DNA from: an uncultured Gammaproteobacteria bacterium
GTDB lineage: Bacteria > Patescibacteriota > Patescibacteriia > Magasanikbacterales > GWA2-37-8
Direction of reading: 5' to 3'
Length of the DNA: 64,000 bases
Assembly (NCBI GenBank): GCA_964444705.1
Contig: CAYUHX010000002.1
Location: forward strand, 22,869 to 86,868
Numbering within the stretch: position 1 is the first letter of the stretch; each line of letters opens with the position of its first letter. Both the position numbers and the translations under genes were made by a program. This document shows, piece after piece, positions 30,660 to 39,255 of the stretch. Below the pieces are notes generated by a model. It searched no databases and had not been told where the DNA came from. It saw nothing but the letters and a program-made list of their open reading frames with translations.

Positions 30660-31175
30660 ATGTCTATGAAATCAGCTGCAACTGTTTCTATTCTTGGCAT
30701 TGATCCTGGTTTTGGGCGAATTGGCTATGGAGTGGTGGTGCAAAAAAAAGGAAAAGAATGGCAAGCGCTTGATTATGGATGTATAGAAACTAATCCGCGT
30801 GATTCTTTTTTAGAGCGTCTGGCTGAAATGCATCGTGAGATCACTAGGCTCATTGAGACATATCGGCCAGAGCGTTTGGCGGTGGAAGAATTATTTTTTT
30901 TTAAAAATGCAAAAACCGCCATTCAGGTGGCGCAAGCACGTGGTGTCATTTTGCTTACCGGTATTCAAAATGGACTTGAGGTTGATGAATTTACTCCACT
31001 TGAAGTGAAACAGGCCATCACCGGTTATGGCCGTGCTGAAAAAGCACAAATGCAAAAAATGGTTGCGGCTATTCTTGGAATTAAAGAGAAAATCACCTCT
31101 GATGACGCCGCAGATGCGCTGGCGATTGCACTTTGCGCCGGGCAAAGTTTGTGGGTAAAAAATCTTAGATCTTAA
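30660..31175 (+). CDS. ruvC: Holliday junction resolvase RuvC
   Basis: ILGIDPG, AVEELFF, QARGV, DAADALA. Confidence 0.97.
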   Translation: MSMKSAATVSILGIDPGFGRIGYGVVVQKKGKEWQALDYGCIETNPRDSFLERLAEMHREITRLIETYRPERLAVEELFFFKNAKTAIQVAQARGVILLTGIQNGLEVDEFTPLEVKQAITGYGRAEKAQMQKMVAAILGIKEKITSDDAADALAIALCAGQSLWVKNLRS

Positions 31176-31181
31176 TTCGCT

Positions 31182-31652
31182 ATGGCTGAAAGAAAAATAG
31201 TACTCGTAGTTCCCAATGTACGGAGTGGGCATAATGTTGGGGCGATGCTTCGCACTGCCGATGGTGCTGGTGTAGCTAAAGTCTATCTTACAGGGTACTC
31301 TCCGTGCCCGCCGCATCCGCAGGTTGATAAAGTGTCGCTTGGTGCTGAAAAATTTGTTCATTGGGAGCATTGCCATCAAACAGGGCCACTGCTTAAAAAA
31401 TTAAAAAAAGAGGGCTATACAATAGTTGCCTTGGAACAAACAAAGAACAGTGTTAGTATATATGAATGGAAACCAACTTTTCCTTTGGCCTTGGTGGTAG
31501 GAAATGAAAAAACGGGTGTGACAAAATCGTTGCGTTCGTTGTGTGATGTGATAGTTGATTTGCCTATGAGAGGAAAGAAAAATAGTTTAAATGTAAGTGT
31601 GGCCGCCGGTATCGCTTTATATCAACTGTCTTTTGCGCCATCTTTTTCGTGA
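31182..31652 (+). CDS. TrmH/SpoU RNA methyltransferase
   Basis: NVGAMLRTAD, GNEKTG, PMRGKKNSLNVSVA. Confidence 0.9.
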   Translation: MAERKIVLVVPNVRSGHNVGAMLRTADGAGVAKVYLTGYSPCPPHPQVDKVSLGAEKFVHWEHCHQTGPLLKKLKKEGYTIVALEQTKNSVSIYEWKPTFPLALVVGNEKTGVTKSLRSLCDVIVDLPMRGKKNSLNVSVAAGIALYQLSFAPSFS

Positions 31653-32395
31653 ATTATTATTTTGAATCACGTATGCAGTCAACTATTGCGCTTTTTCGTC
31701 ACCTTTATAAAAACATTCCACCGCTTTTTCCTAAAGAGATGAGTGAGAAAATGGCTCATGCGCTTTCTCATTTAGAGAAAGATCAGACCGTCACACTCGA
31801 TGAAATTGAAGACACTATGATTGCTTTTGGGTACGAAGTATGGCCATGGAATCAAGCGTATAAAGAGTTTGTGGCTGCCGCAGAAACGCAAATTGGTGAA
31901 CACTCACTTTTGCCCAGGCTGTCGTTGCCGCTGCAAAAAAAATATCATGATTTTAAATCATTTGGTGGTTCACTTCGTGATTTGCATTCGGGTCGGCCGG
32001 CTGATTATTTTTCTCCAGAAGATCGAGTTGAGTTGTGTGAAGCATTGGTTGAAATGCAAATTGATTTGCGTCAGTATGCAAAGCAAGAAGTGTGTGGTGT
32101 GAGTAAACAAAAATATCTAAAACGTGTAGCAGAGTTTACCACGCTTTTGCAAGATATTAAAAAAAATTTAGATTCCATGCGCCAGCTTGCGGGCAAGGAA
32201 CAAGATCATCCTACACTCGCCGATGAAATTCGAGCACGCGTACGCGGTTTTGAACACGGGCTTTGTTTGCTTGGACCAGAGCTTGAATATCATGCGGTCT
32301 GCAACTCACTTGAATTTTTTCACGGCCGCAAACAAGAGATGAACAGAATGAAAGGAATTAACGAGCCGTTGCAGGTTGATTTTTATAATGAATAG
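31649..32395 (+). CDS. hypothetical protein
   Basis: Long helical ORF in the operon; start uncertain. Confidence 0.65.
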   Translation: MNYYFESRMQSTIALFRHLYKNIPPLFPKEMSEKMAHALSHLEKDQTVTLDEIEDTMIAFGYEVWPWNQAYKEFVAAAETQIGEHSLLPRLSLPLQKKYHDFKSFGGSLRDLHSGRPADYFSPEDRVELCEALVEMQIDLRQYAKQEVCGVSKQKYLKRVAEFTTLLQDIKKNLDSMRQLAGKEQDHPTLADEIRARVRGFEHGLCLLGPELEYHAVCNSLEFFHGRKQEMNRMKGINEPLQVDFYNE

Positions 32396-32491
32396 TCAGA
32401 AGTAAAAATATTCGTTTTAAAAAAATAAAAATAGGAGTTCTTTTCAAAATTAACCACCAAAGTTAGCTGGCACAAAAAAAGGAGAGTAATC

Positions 32492-32980
32492 ATGTTTCAA
32501 ACGATGCTGAGAGCGGACATTCTTCTTTTGGAAATCGAGGCTGAAGCTGATCCGCGGCGACGGAAGGCACGTGTGCTTTCGCAGCCTGAGGGTGCGGTGC
32601 AGCGCTTGGTCAACGCGCTCGCACCCGGGTCGTACAGTTGCCCACACAGGTTTCGCGGCACTCAGACAATCGCCTGCCTCAACGGCCGGCTCGCGGCGAT
32701 CCTATGGGACGCCGAGGGTGTTCAGGATGGTGTGGTAAAACTAGAAAAAGGTGATGTGCTGGATTTAATCGAGCCGGCGCCCTACCACGCGCTCGTGGCC
32801 TACGACGGCCCGGTGACGATCTTGGAGACGCTGACAGGTCCGTATCGGCTGGAAAACCGCGAGGATTTGCCTGGATTCCCTGTTGAGGTGGGAAAGCCCG
32901 GAGGCGCTTTTGACGAAGAAATTCGTCGGCAGGAAATGCTCAGGGTGTGGGTACAGAAAATCAAGGAATATTCTAGGTAA
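32492..32980 (+). CDS. GC-rich, SD-led WbuC-like cupin protein
   Basis: PRRR...VQRLVNALAPGSY..PHR...YHAL...ILE...GPY; AGGAG before ATG. Confidence 0.7.
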   Translation: MFQTMLRADILLLEIEAEADPRRRKARVLSQPEGAVQRLVNALAPGSYSCPHRFRGTQTIACLNGRLAAILWDAEGVQDGVVKLEKGDVLDLIEPAPYHALVAYDGPVTILETLTGPYRLENREDLPGFPVEVGKPGGAFDEEIRRQEMLRVWVQKIKEYSR

Positions 32981-33060
32981 ACAGGAAGGTTTTTTAGTTC
33001 CTTCTAGTTCGCTAGGAAATTTCCTCTTACCGCGCATCGCGCACACGATCGCGGTCATAC

Positions 33061-33092
33061 AAAAACAGTTCTAAATTAAAAGAACTGTTTTT
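33061..33092. terminator. bidirectional terminator
   Basis: AAAAACAGTTCT-aaattaaa-AGAACTGTTTTT. Confidence 0.8.
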
Positions 33093-33165
33093 GTATAGTG
33101 TGTTTAAATTATTTGGTGAAACGGTGTTAAAATGAGTATTGTGGCAATGAATGCGCGCACCTTCG

Positions 33166-34152
33166 TTATATTTTTTGTGGGCGCTGGCTTTCAAACTCGC
33201 GAATGATCTCGGTAATTCCACTGAGATTTTGGAGTCCGCCATGTGGGCCATGTTTTTGAATAACGCTTGAGCTGTTTGCAATACCCCATTCTAGTGCTTC
33301 AGAAATGTGTTTGCCGTAAAAACGTGCCGCCAGATAACCTGAAGAAAACGCATCACCTGCACCAGTTTTAGAAATGGGAGTGACTGGATAGGCGGGTAAA
33401 TGCCACAACTCTTCTTTTGTGCCCGCCCAGGCACCCCGGGCTGCATCGGTCAACGCGACTTCTTTGGCGCCCAGTGAGAAGAGTCGGTGGAAGAGGCTGG
33501 AAATTGTTTTTTCATTAGACAAAGTTGTTGCAACGATTTTTTCAGCCTCTTCTAAGTTAAGAACCAAGAGATGGGTATGTTGAATTATTTCTTGGAGCGC
33601 GGGTAGAGCGTGCTTTAGCATGTACGAACCTGGGTTAACACCGAGGCGAATTTCAGGATGTTTGGCGAGATGTTCGAGTAATTTTTCTTGCACCGTTTCG
33701 TAGCCTTGGCTAAGGCCGGTGTAGTAGATCCAACCAATGCCAGGGAGAGTGGTTGGCCATAGATATTTTTTTTCATCAGAATAGGAAAGAATGGTGCGCT
33801 CCCCACGATAGTTGAGCACAATGGAATACCGGCTTTGGTGCTGCGGATCAAAACTGATAAGCGAGGTATCAACGCCATGATGTTTTAATTCATGGAGGGC
33901 AATTGATCCGTTGGTATCTTCTCCGACGGTGCTCAGAATTCCGGTGGAAAGCCCAAGCCTGCGCGCGCCAATAGCTACATTGGCTGCGTTACCACCAAGT
34001 GATTGAAAACTATCGGTGATCGCAATTTTTTCACCATATGCCAAACAAAGCTGGTTACGTGTTCCGGGCACCACCTGGCAATCTGTGCATGCTTCATCAA
34101 TTTGCACATGCGTATCGATGATGGGATCACCAATGGTGAGAAGATCAAACAT
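33166..34152 (-). CDS. PfkB-family carbohydrate kinase
   Basis: GGNAANVA, NLEEA, TGAGDAF. Confidence 0.9.
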   Translation of the reverse strand: MFDLLTIGDPIIDTHVQIDEACTDCQVVPGTRNQLCLAYGEKIAITDSFQSLGGNAANVAIGARRLGLSTGILSTVGEDTNGSIALHELKHHGVDTSLISFDPQHQSRYSIVLNYRGERTILSYSDEKKYLWPTTLPGIGWIYYTGLSQGYETVQEKLLEHLAKHPEIRLGVNPGSYMLKHALPALQEIIQHTHLLVLNLEEAEKIVATTLSNEKTISSLFHRLFSLGAKEVALTDAARGAWAGTKEELWHLPAYPVTPISKTGAGDAFSSGYLAARFYGKHISEALEWGIANSSSVIQKHGPHGGLQNLSGITEIIREFESQRPQKI

Positions 34153-34158
34153 AGTACG

Positions 34159-34497
34159 TTATTTTTTTTCAGGAGTGTATAATTTTCCTTTGGGATTTTT
34201 CACCACATCAGAAGGAAAACAGACATGGTGGTGTCGTCCGGTAAGAATTTGAATAAGTTCAAATAAGCTGGCAAGCACGAGGCCGCCCATAGCGAGCATA
34301 AAAATGGCATTATTAATCCAAAGCGCGTATCCAAAAAGACATGATCCGCCGACAATAAAAACTAAATCTTGACGTCGTTCTGCTTCTAAAAAAACTGCAT
34401 AGATGATAAGCAGCGCGCCAAGGAATGCAATAACTGTGGCAATGATTTGGCTAAGCGGCCAAGTGACTGCGGGTAGAAGAGTAAAAAGTGATGACAT
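34159..34497 (-). CDS. small 3-TM membrane protein
   Basis: Hydrophobic; resembles the next gene (D.VFI.GG.CL..Y....N/D.IF). Confidence 0.7.
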   Translation of the reverse strand: MSSLFTLLPAVTWPLSQIIATVIAFLGALLIIYAVFLEAERRQDLVFIVGGSCLFGYALWINNAIFMLAMGGLVLASLFELIQILTGRHHHVCFPSDVVKNPKGKLYTPEKK

Positions 34498-34514
34498 ACT
34501 GTTTGGTTTAAAAT

Positions 34515-34778
34515 TTAAGATTTAAATGTGTGCTGAGGAGTAGTGGGTTCGTGTGTTCTATTTTTACCTCGAGTGTGCGCTATTTCGTAAAGACTCGAAA
34601 TAATAAACACAATTTGGAGAGGAATAAAGATGGGATCACGAAGGTATATGCTGTATATTAGCAAACACACACCGCCGGCCACAAAGATTTCATCGCGTTT
34701 GGTGGCTTTTTTTACCGAGACGCCGTAAGAGATGAGAAGAAGGCCGAGAATGGCGATGATTTTTAGTAGGTAGGTCAT
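34515..34778 (-). CDS. small 3-TM membrane protein, paralog of the preceding gene
   Basis: RDEIFVAGGVCLLIYSIYLRDPIF. Confidence 0.7.
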   Translation of the reverse strand: MTYLLKIIAILGLLLISYGVSVKKATKRDEIFVAGGVCLLIYSIYLRDPIFIPLQIVFIISSLYEIAHTRGKNRTHEPTTPQHTFKS

Positions 34779-34852
34779 ATTGTTTTATAACTCATGATAC
34801 AGATCGCACGACTCATAACCCGTGCGTCAGGTTAGTTGAGTCGTGATTTGTG

Positions 34853-35797
34853 TTAAGGCTTCCACAAGTTAATATATTCAATCGCAGCTAATGCCGCAAC
34901 AATGCCCTGGCCGGTGGCAATGCCAATTTGTTTGTAGGGAATGTCCGTGACATCGCCAGCGGCAAAAATGCCGGGCACATTGGTACGGCAGCGGCTATCA
35001 ACCATCAGCTGCCCTTGGGCGTCTTTGGTGAGAAGTGTTGCAAATTGTGAGTTGGGAATCATGCCTATGTGCACCATTACTCCATCAACGGCGAGTTCTT
35101 TGGTTTCACCACCAGCAATACATTTGAGGCCAGTAACTTTTTTATCTCCCAGAATTTCGAGTGTTTTTGCTTCGTAGAGAATTTCTAAGTTTGGATATGT
35201 TTTTAATTTTTCGACTAAAATATTTTCGCCTTTGGGAAAACCCCAGGCCGCTTCTTTGGTGTTTGGGTATTTGGTGAGGAGATATACTTTTTGTGCGATT
35301 CCCACCATCATGAGTGCGGATTCAAGGGCACTATTACCCGCACCAATGGTGGCTGTGGTTTTGTTTCGAAAAAGTGGCCCGTCGCACACGGTGCATGTGG
35401 TAACACCTTTGCGAAGAAGTGATTCTTCGCCCGGCACACCAAGATGTTTGGGGTGAATGCCACTGCCAATGATCACTGCTTTTGTTTCGTAGGTTTTAAT
35501 TTCTCCGTTGCTGTTTTGCGCCGTGACTACATGATAATTTTTTTCTGGAGTGATACTAGTCACTTCTAATCCTTCTTCAATGTCGGCGCCATACGATCGC
35601 ACATGTTCGGTAAATTTTTGTGCCAATTCAAAACCTTGGATAGACAAAATGCCTGGCCAGTTGCCCACTTCACCCGAGAGAGCTACTTCACCACCGAGGT
35701 CTTTGGTGATTATTTTAAAATTAAGTCGTCGGCGGGCTGCATAAATTGCTGCGCTCGAGCCAACCGCCGCGCCGCCGATAATGATAAGATCAAGCAT
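34853..35797 (-). CDS. trxB: thioredoxin reductase-like flavoprotein
   Basis: IIGG..G, CTVCDG, GAGNSA, FAAGDVT. Confidence 0.85.
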   Translation of the reverse strand: MLDLIIIGGAAVGSSAAIYAARRRLNFKIITKDLGGEVALSGEVGNWPGILSIQGFELAQKFTEHVRSYGADIEEGLEVTSITPEKNYHVVTAQNSNGEIKTYETKAVIIGSGIHPKHLGVPGEESLLRKGVTTCTVCDGPLFRNKTTATIGAGNSALESALMMVGIAQKVYLLTKYPNTKEAAWGFPKGENILVEKLKTYPNLEILYEAKTLEILGDKKVTGLKCIAGGETKELAVDGVMVHIGMIPNSQFATLLTKDAQGQLMVDSRCRTNVPGIFAAGDVTDIPYKQIGIATGQGIVAALAAIEYINLWKP

Positions 35798-35839
35798 AAA
35801 ATTATTTCAGATTGAAAATTAAAAATAAAAAAGTATTTT

Positions 35840-36478
35840 TTAATTTTTAATTTTAGATCTTAAATCGTTGTGTGCTTTTTTTACATCTGGCATCCAAGTG
35901 AGGGCACTGCCCACGTTGGCAATGTCGACACCCCACGAATTGATAAGACGAATAGTGTCTGGTTTTACGCCACCATCGAGAGCGCAAAGTGGTCGATTGG
36001 TGCGCGTGGTAAACGTTTTAATTTTTTCACCCACTTCGGGTAAAAAAGGTGCACCATTTTTGCCAGGATGCACCGCCATGCACATGAGCACATCAACGCC
36101 TGACAGAAATGGTTCGGCGGCGCTGATGGGTGTTTCGGGGTTTAAGACGAGACCGGTGTGCCAGCCTTTCTTTCGGGCAGCCGCAAGGCTTTCGGCCAGA
36201 TTGTCTTTGGCTTCGGCATGGATGAGTGCACGAAAGACGCCATGAACTTTTGCCCATGCTTCAATTGCGAGAATGGGGTGATTCACCATAAGGTGCAATT
36301 CCCATTGTAACGTTGTGGCGATCTCATTTATTTTTTCAATATCAACAAACGATCGGCTGGGAACAAATTCTCCGTCCATCACGTCGATGTGTGCATAGGG
36401 AAAAAGTCCGTCAATTTTGTGGACGGCAATTTTAAAATCAGCAAATGTGGTGGCTAAAATCGTGGGAATTATGTTCAT
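35840..36478 (-). CDS. rpe: ribulose-phosphate 3-epimerase
   Basis: HIDVMDG.FV, HLMV, LNPET, DGGV. Confidence 0.93.
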   Translation of the reverse strand: MNIIPTILATTFADFKIAVHKIDGLFPYAHIDVMDGEFVPSRSFVDIEKINEIATTLQWELHLMVNHPILAIEAWAKVHGVFRALIHAEAKDNLAESLAAARKKGWHTGLVLNPETPISAAEPFLSGVDVLMCMAVHPGKNGAPFLPEVGEKIKTFTTRTNRPLCALDGGVKPDTIRLINSWGVDIANVGSALTWMPDVKKAHNDLRSKIKN

Positions 36479-36486
36479 ACACGAAA

Positions 36487-36924
36487 CTATTCGATGGCGG
36501 CGATTTTATCTATCCGGCGTTGATGTCGGCCGCCGTCAAAAGCAGTTTCGAGGAATTTTTTGACAATGGCAATGGCATGTTCTTCTGAAATAACGTCTGC
36601 TGCCAGGCAAAGCACGTTGATGTTGTTGTCACGCCGAGCAAATTCGGCCGCCTCAATGCTGTACCCAAGGCCAGCGCGAATACCTTTTACCTTATTGGCG
36701 GCAATGCAGGTGCCATTGCCCATACTGCAAATGACAATGCCGCGATTTTCTGTTTTTTCGGCTACTTTTTGAGCGAGGGGAATGGCAAAATCGGGATAAT
36801 CATCTTCTTTGTTATATTCTGTTGGGCCAAGGTCAATGGCTGGCTGTTTCGTTTGTTTTTCTAAAAATCGGAGAAGATATTTTTTGAGTTGGTAGCCGCC
36901 GTGATCTGAGGCGAGGTAGAGCAT
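36487..36924 (-). CDS. rpiB: ribose-5-phosphate isomerase B
   Basis: ASDHGG, DYPD, IAANKVKGIRA, GGRHQRR. Confidence 0.95.
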   Translation of the reverse strand: MLYLASDHGGYQLKKYLLRFLEKQTKQPAIDLGPTEYNKEDDYPDFAIPLAQKVAEKTENRGIVICSMGNGTCIAANKVKGIRAGLGYSIEAAEFARRDNNINVLCLAADVISEEHAIAIVKKFLETAFDGGRHQRRIDKIAAIE

Positions 36925-36933
36925 AGGTGTTAT

Positions 36934-37215
36934 TTAAGCTTGGGTATTGAGGTAGGCCTTCAACGCATCTTCAAGTCGACTTGTTTGTGGTGAAAAAAGA
37001 CGTATCCCGTTAACTGTAGTCGTTGGTCCTTCCGCGTGTACTTTTTCGTCCATACTTGGCCAGCTGGCGTTATCTTTAATTTGTTTTAATAGATCGGCTG
37101 CGACACTACCATTTAACTCAGGAAGAGGTATGCCCAGATTATCTATGACTGTTTTTAATTTTTCGATTGGATCAAGTGGGGCGAAATCACCGGTTTGAGA
37201 CATTCTTTCGCTCAT
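36934..37215 (-). CDS. hypothetical protein
   Basis: Short ORF starting MSERMSQ. Confidence 0.5.
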   Translation of the reverse strand: MSERMSQTGDFAPLDPIEKLKTVIDNLGIPLPELNGSVAADLLKQIKDNASWPSMDEKVHAEGPTTTVNGIRLFSPQTSRLEDALKAYLNTQA

Positions 37216-37296
37216 AGAGTTTAAATTAGAGTAATTAATAGTTAAATTATAGCTTACTTTAGGGAATTTGTGAATATGTGTGTTACATGACAGAAA

Positions 37297-37373
37297 ACAA
37301 AAACCGCCCACGTCTCCTGCGCCGAGCGGCGAGAAATCTCGTCGCCACGCGTAGGGGTGTGGGCGGGGTTTGT
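37297..37373 (-). repeat. ~75-nt imperfect hairpin and terminator after gene 37403-38362
   Basis: CCGCCCAC...GCGGCGAGA-aa-TCTCGTCGC...GTGGGCGG; U-tract on the gene strand; internal loop instead of a one-sided bulge. Confidence 0.7.
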
Positions 37374-37402
37374 GCGTGCGGCAACTTGGTGGGCAGCAGC
37401 CT

Positions 37403-38362
37403 CTATGGGGTTACCTCAAAGCGGTCTCGGGTGGTGGTGCCACGATCAAAGAATACTTCCTTGGCTGTAACCTCCACGTTGCCATTCGGCAAAAATTCAA
37501 CTAGCGCATAGCCGTTGAAGGGGTTTTCCCATCCTTCATGGAAGGCCGCACCGCCGTTGCCCACTATCACATCGCGGTAGTGTCCGCGGACGAGCGTATT
37601 CTTCACATGCTCATATTTGTGATCATGGCCGGCGAAGTACAGAGTGATGTTGTGCCGCTGCAGAATAGCTTTAATTTCCGCTTCGATCCACGGAGTGGTT
37701 CCGTGGGAGTCGAAGTACTGATGGCGGAGCACGAACGTGTATTCCGTGGGGATGGCCATCACGGTTTTGAGCCACTTGGCCTGAAGACGATCTTTGTCGC
37801 CCTTCCAGACGTCCGTGGCGATCGAGACGAATTTCGCCCGTCGGCCCTGTTCGTCCTCGATGAGGAACCACCAGTAGTATGGCGCCTCCTCGCCAAGCAT
37901 CCGCATTACCTGGAGACAGGGGAATTCGTGATTGCCGAGCGTGGTATGGATGGGGGCCTTGAGGTGGGCGCGGGCGGCGAGAAGGATGTTGACCTGGGCG
38001 GCGATGGTGTCGGCCGGGCATCCTCGATCAACGTACACTTGGTCGCCGGTGTCCCCAACAACCACCGCCTCATCCTCGTCGATGGCCTTGAAAATCGCTT
38101 CCACGACCTTTGCTGGATAGGAATTGATTTCATTTTTTTTTGGCGGCCGATGATCGCCCGTGATGGCGAACCGCGTCCTTGCTAGCCGTTTGACCTTGAT
38201 GGTCGGCTTTTGATGGAGGGGTGCCATCCCCAGGATGGCCGAGGCAGTGTGGGGCACGATGTCAGTGGCCAGCTGGGTCGCCGTTTCCTGGTTGCAGGCC
38301 GTGAGGCAGCTGAGGATGACGATGATTCCGAAAATTTTCACGTTGCCACTGTTCATACGCAT
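37403..38362 (-). CDS. GC-rich, SD-led calcineurin-like metallophosphoesterase lipoprotein
   Basis: LTAC lipobox; GDHR, TGDQV, GNHE, H, AGHDH motifs; AGGAG before ATG; TTGCTG-17-TAGAGT promoter. Confidence 0.85.
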   Translation of the reverse strand: MRMNSGNVKIFGIIVILSCLTACNQETATQLATDIVPHTASAILGMAPLHQKPTIKVKRLARTRFAITGDHRPPKKNEINSYPAKVVEAIFKAIDEDEAVVVGDTGDQVYVDRGCPADTIAAQVNILLAARAHLKAPIHTTLGNHEFPCLQVMRMLGEEAPYYWWFLIEDEQGRRAKFVSIATDVWKGDKDRLQAKWLKTVMAIPTEYTFVLRHQYFDSHGTTPWIEAEIKAILQRHNITLYFAGHDHKYEHVKNTLVRGHYRDVIVGNGGAAFHEGWENPFNGYALVEFLPNGNVEVTAKEVFFDRGTTTRDRFEVTP

Positions 38363-38464
38363 GGGCTACTCCTGTGCGAGTGGTTTTAAAGGGCGAATGT
38401 TCCCAACTGAGAGGAACAGATGACTCTATCAAATACAAGGCTGTTCAGCAAGTTTTAAATTTAA

Positions 38465-38527
38465 AAAACCAGATGCAGCCTTTCAACTCAAATTGCATTG
38501 AGACGAAGGGCTAGGGCATCTGGTTTT
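38465..38527 (-). repeat. 63-nt bulged hairpin, element 4 (also terminator-like)
   Basis: Gene strand: AAAACCAGATGC[CCT]AGCCCTTCGTCTCAA-tgcaat-TTGAGTTGAAAGGCT-GCATCTGGTTTT. Confidence 0.8.
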
Positions 38528-38550
38528 GTGGCGGAAAGATGTGCTGGACT

Positions 38551-39075
38551 TCAGTTGCAGCCGGCCGGAGTGCAACCACTCGGGCAGTCTTGGGTAGCTG
38601 CGGCGCAGTAGCCTTCGGGCAGGCACTTGCCCGTGGCGTACATCATCACGCCGCCGCCGCTGTAGTTGACGCACTTCTTCACCGTGCCGCTCAGCGAGCA
38701 GCAATCAAGATCGGATCGGCAGGCATTGCACCCTCCGATGACTGCAGTCTCTGGCGGTACGCACAGTTTGGTGCCGTCTTTTTGGGTGTGGCAGTTGGAC
38801 CATCTCCAGCAGCTGGTCACGAAGGGGCACAGCGCCCCTTCCGCCATTCCCTCGCACCGCCGAACCGTGTTCGGTTCGTACGGCCCGGTGCAGAGACCGC
38901 CAAGGTCGATGGTCGGTTGGGACGTCATCAGATCGGCCGGGCTGCCGCCGTCCATGATCGACATGAGGTCGTCGTTGGCAGGGGTGATTCTTGCCATCGA
39001 TCCGTCTGTCGACGGGTTGCAGGCGATGGTGAGAGCAGTCAGTGCTACATAAAGAGACAAACTCGGAGTGCGCAT
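38551..39075 (-). CDS. GC-rich, SD-led cysteine-rich lipoprotein
   Basis: LTIAC lipobox; numerous Cys in the C-terminal ~110 aa; AAAGGA before ATG. Confidence 0.75.
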   Translation of the reverse strand: MRTPSLSLYVALTALTIACNPSTDGSMARITPANDDLMSIMDGGSPADLMTSQPTIDLGGLCTGPYEPNTVRRCEGMAEGALCPFVTSCWRWSNCHTQKDGTKLCVPPETAVIGGCNACRSDLDCCSLSGTVKKCVNYSGGGVMMYATGKCLPEGYCAAATQDCPSGCTPAGCN

Positions 39076-39255
39076 TGTGTTCCTTTCGTCGCGCGACGCC
39101 CCTATGGCGCCCGACCCTTTTTCTCGGGTCTAAAAAATGCCTCCCCACACGAGAGACATTGTTTGGATCAGAGATAAGAACGAACGCGTGAATTTAACCC
39201 AAGGAATATCATGAAATACTTAATTAGTCAATTAATATAGGGTGAATATTTCGAT

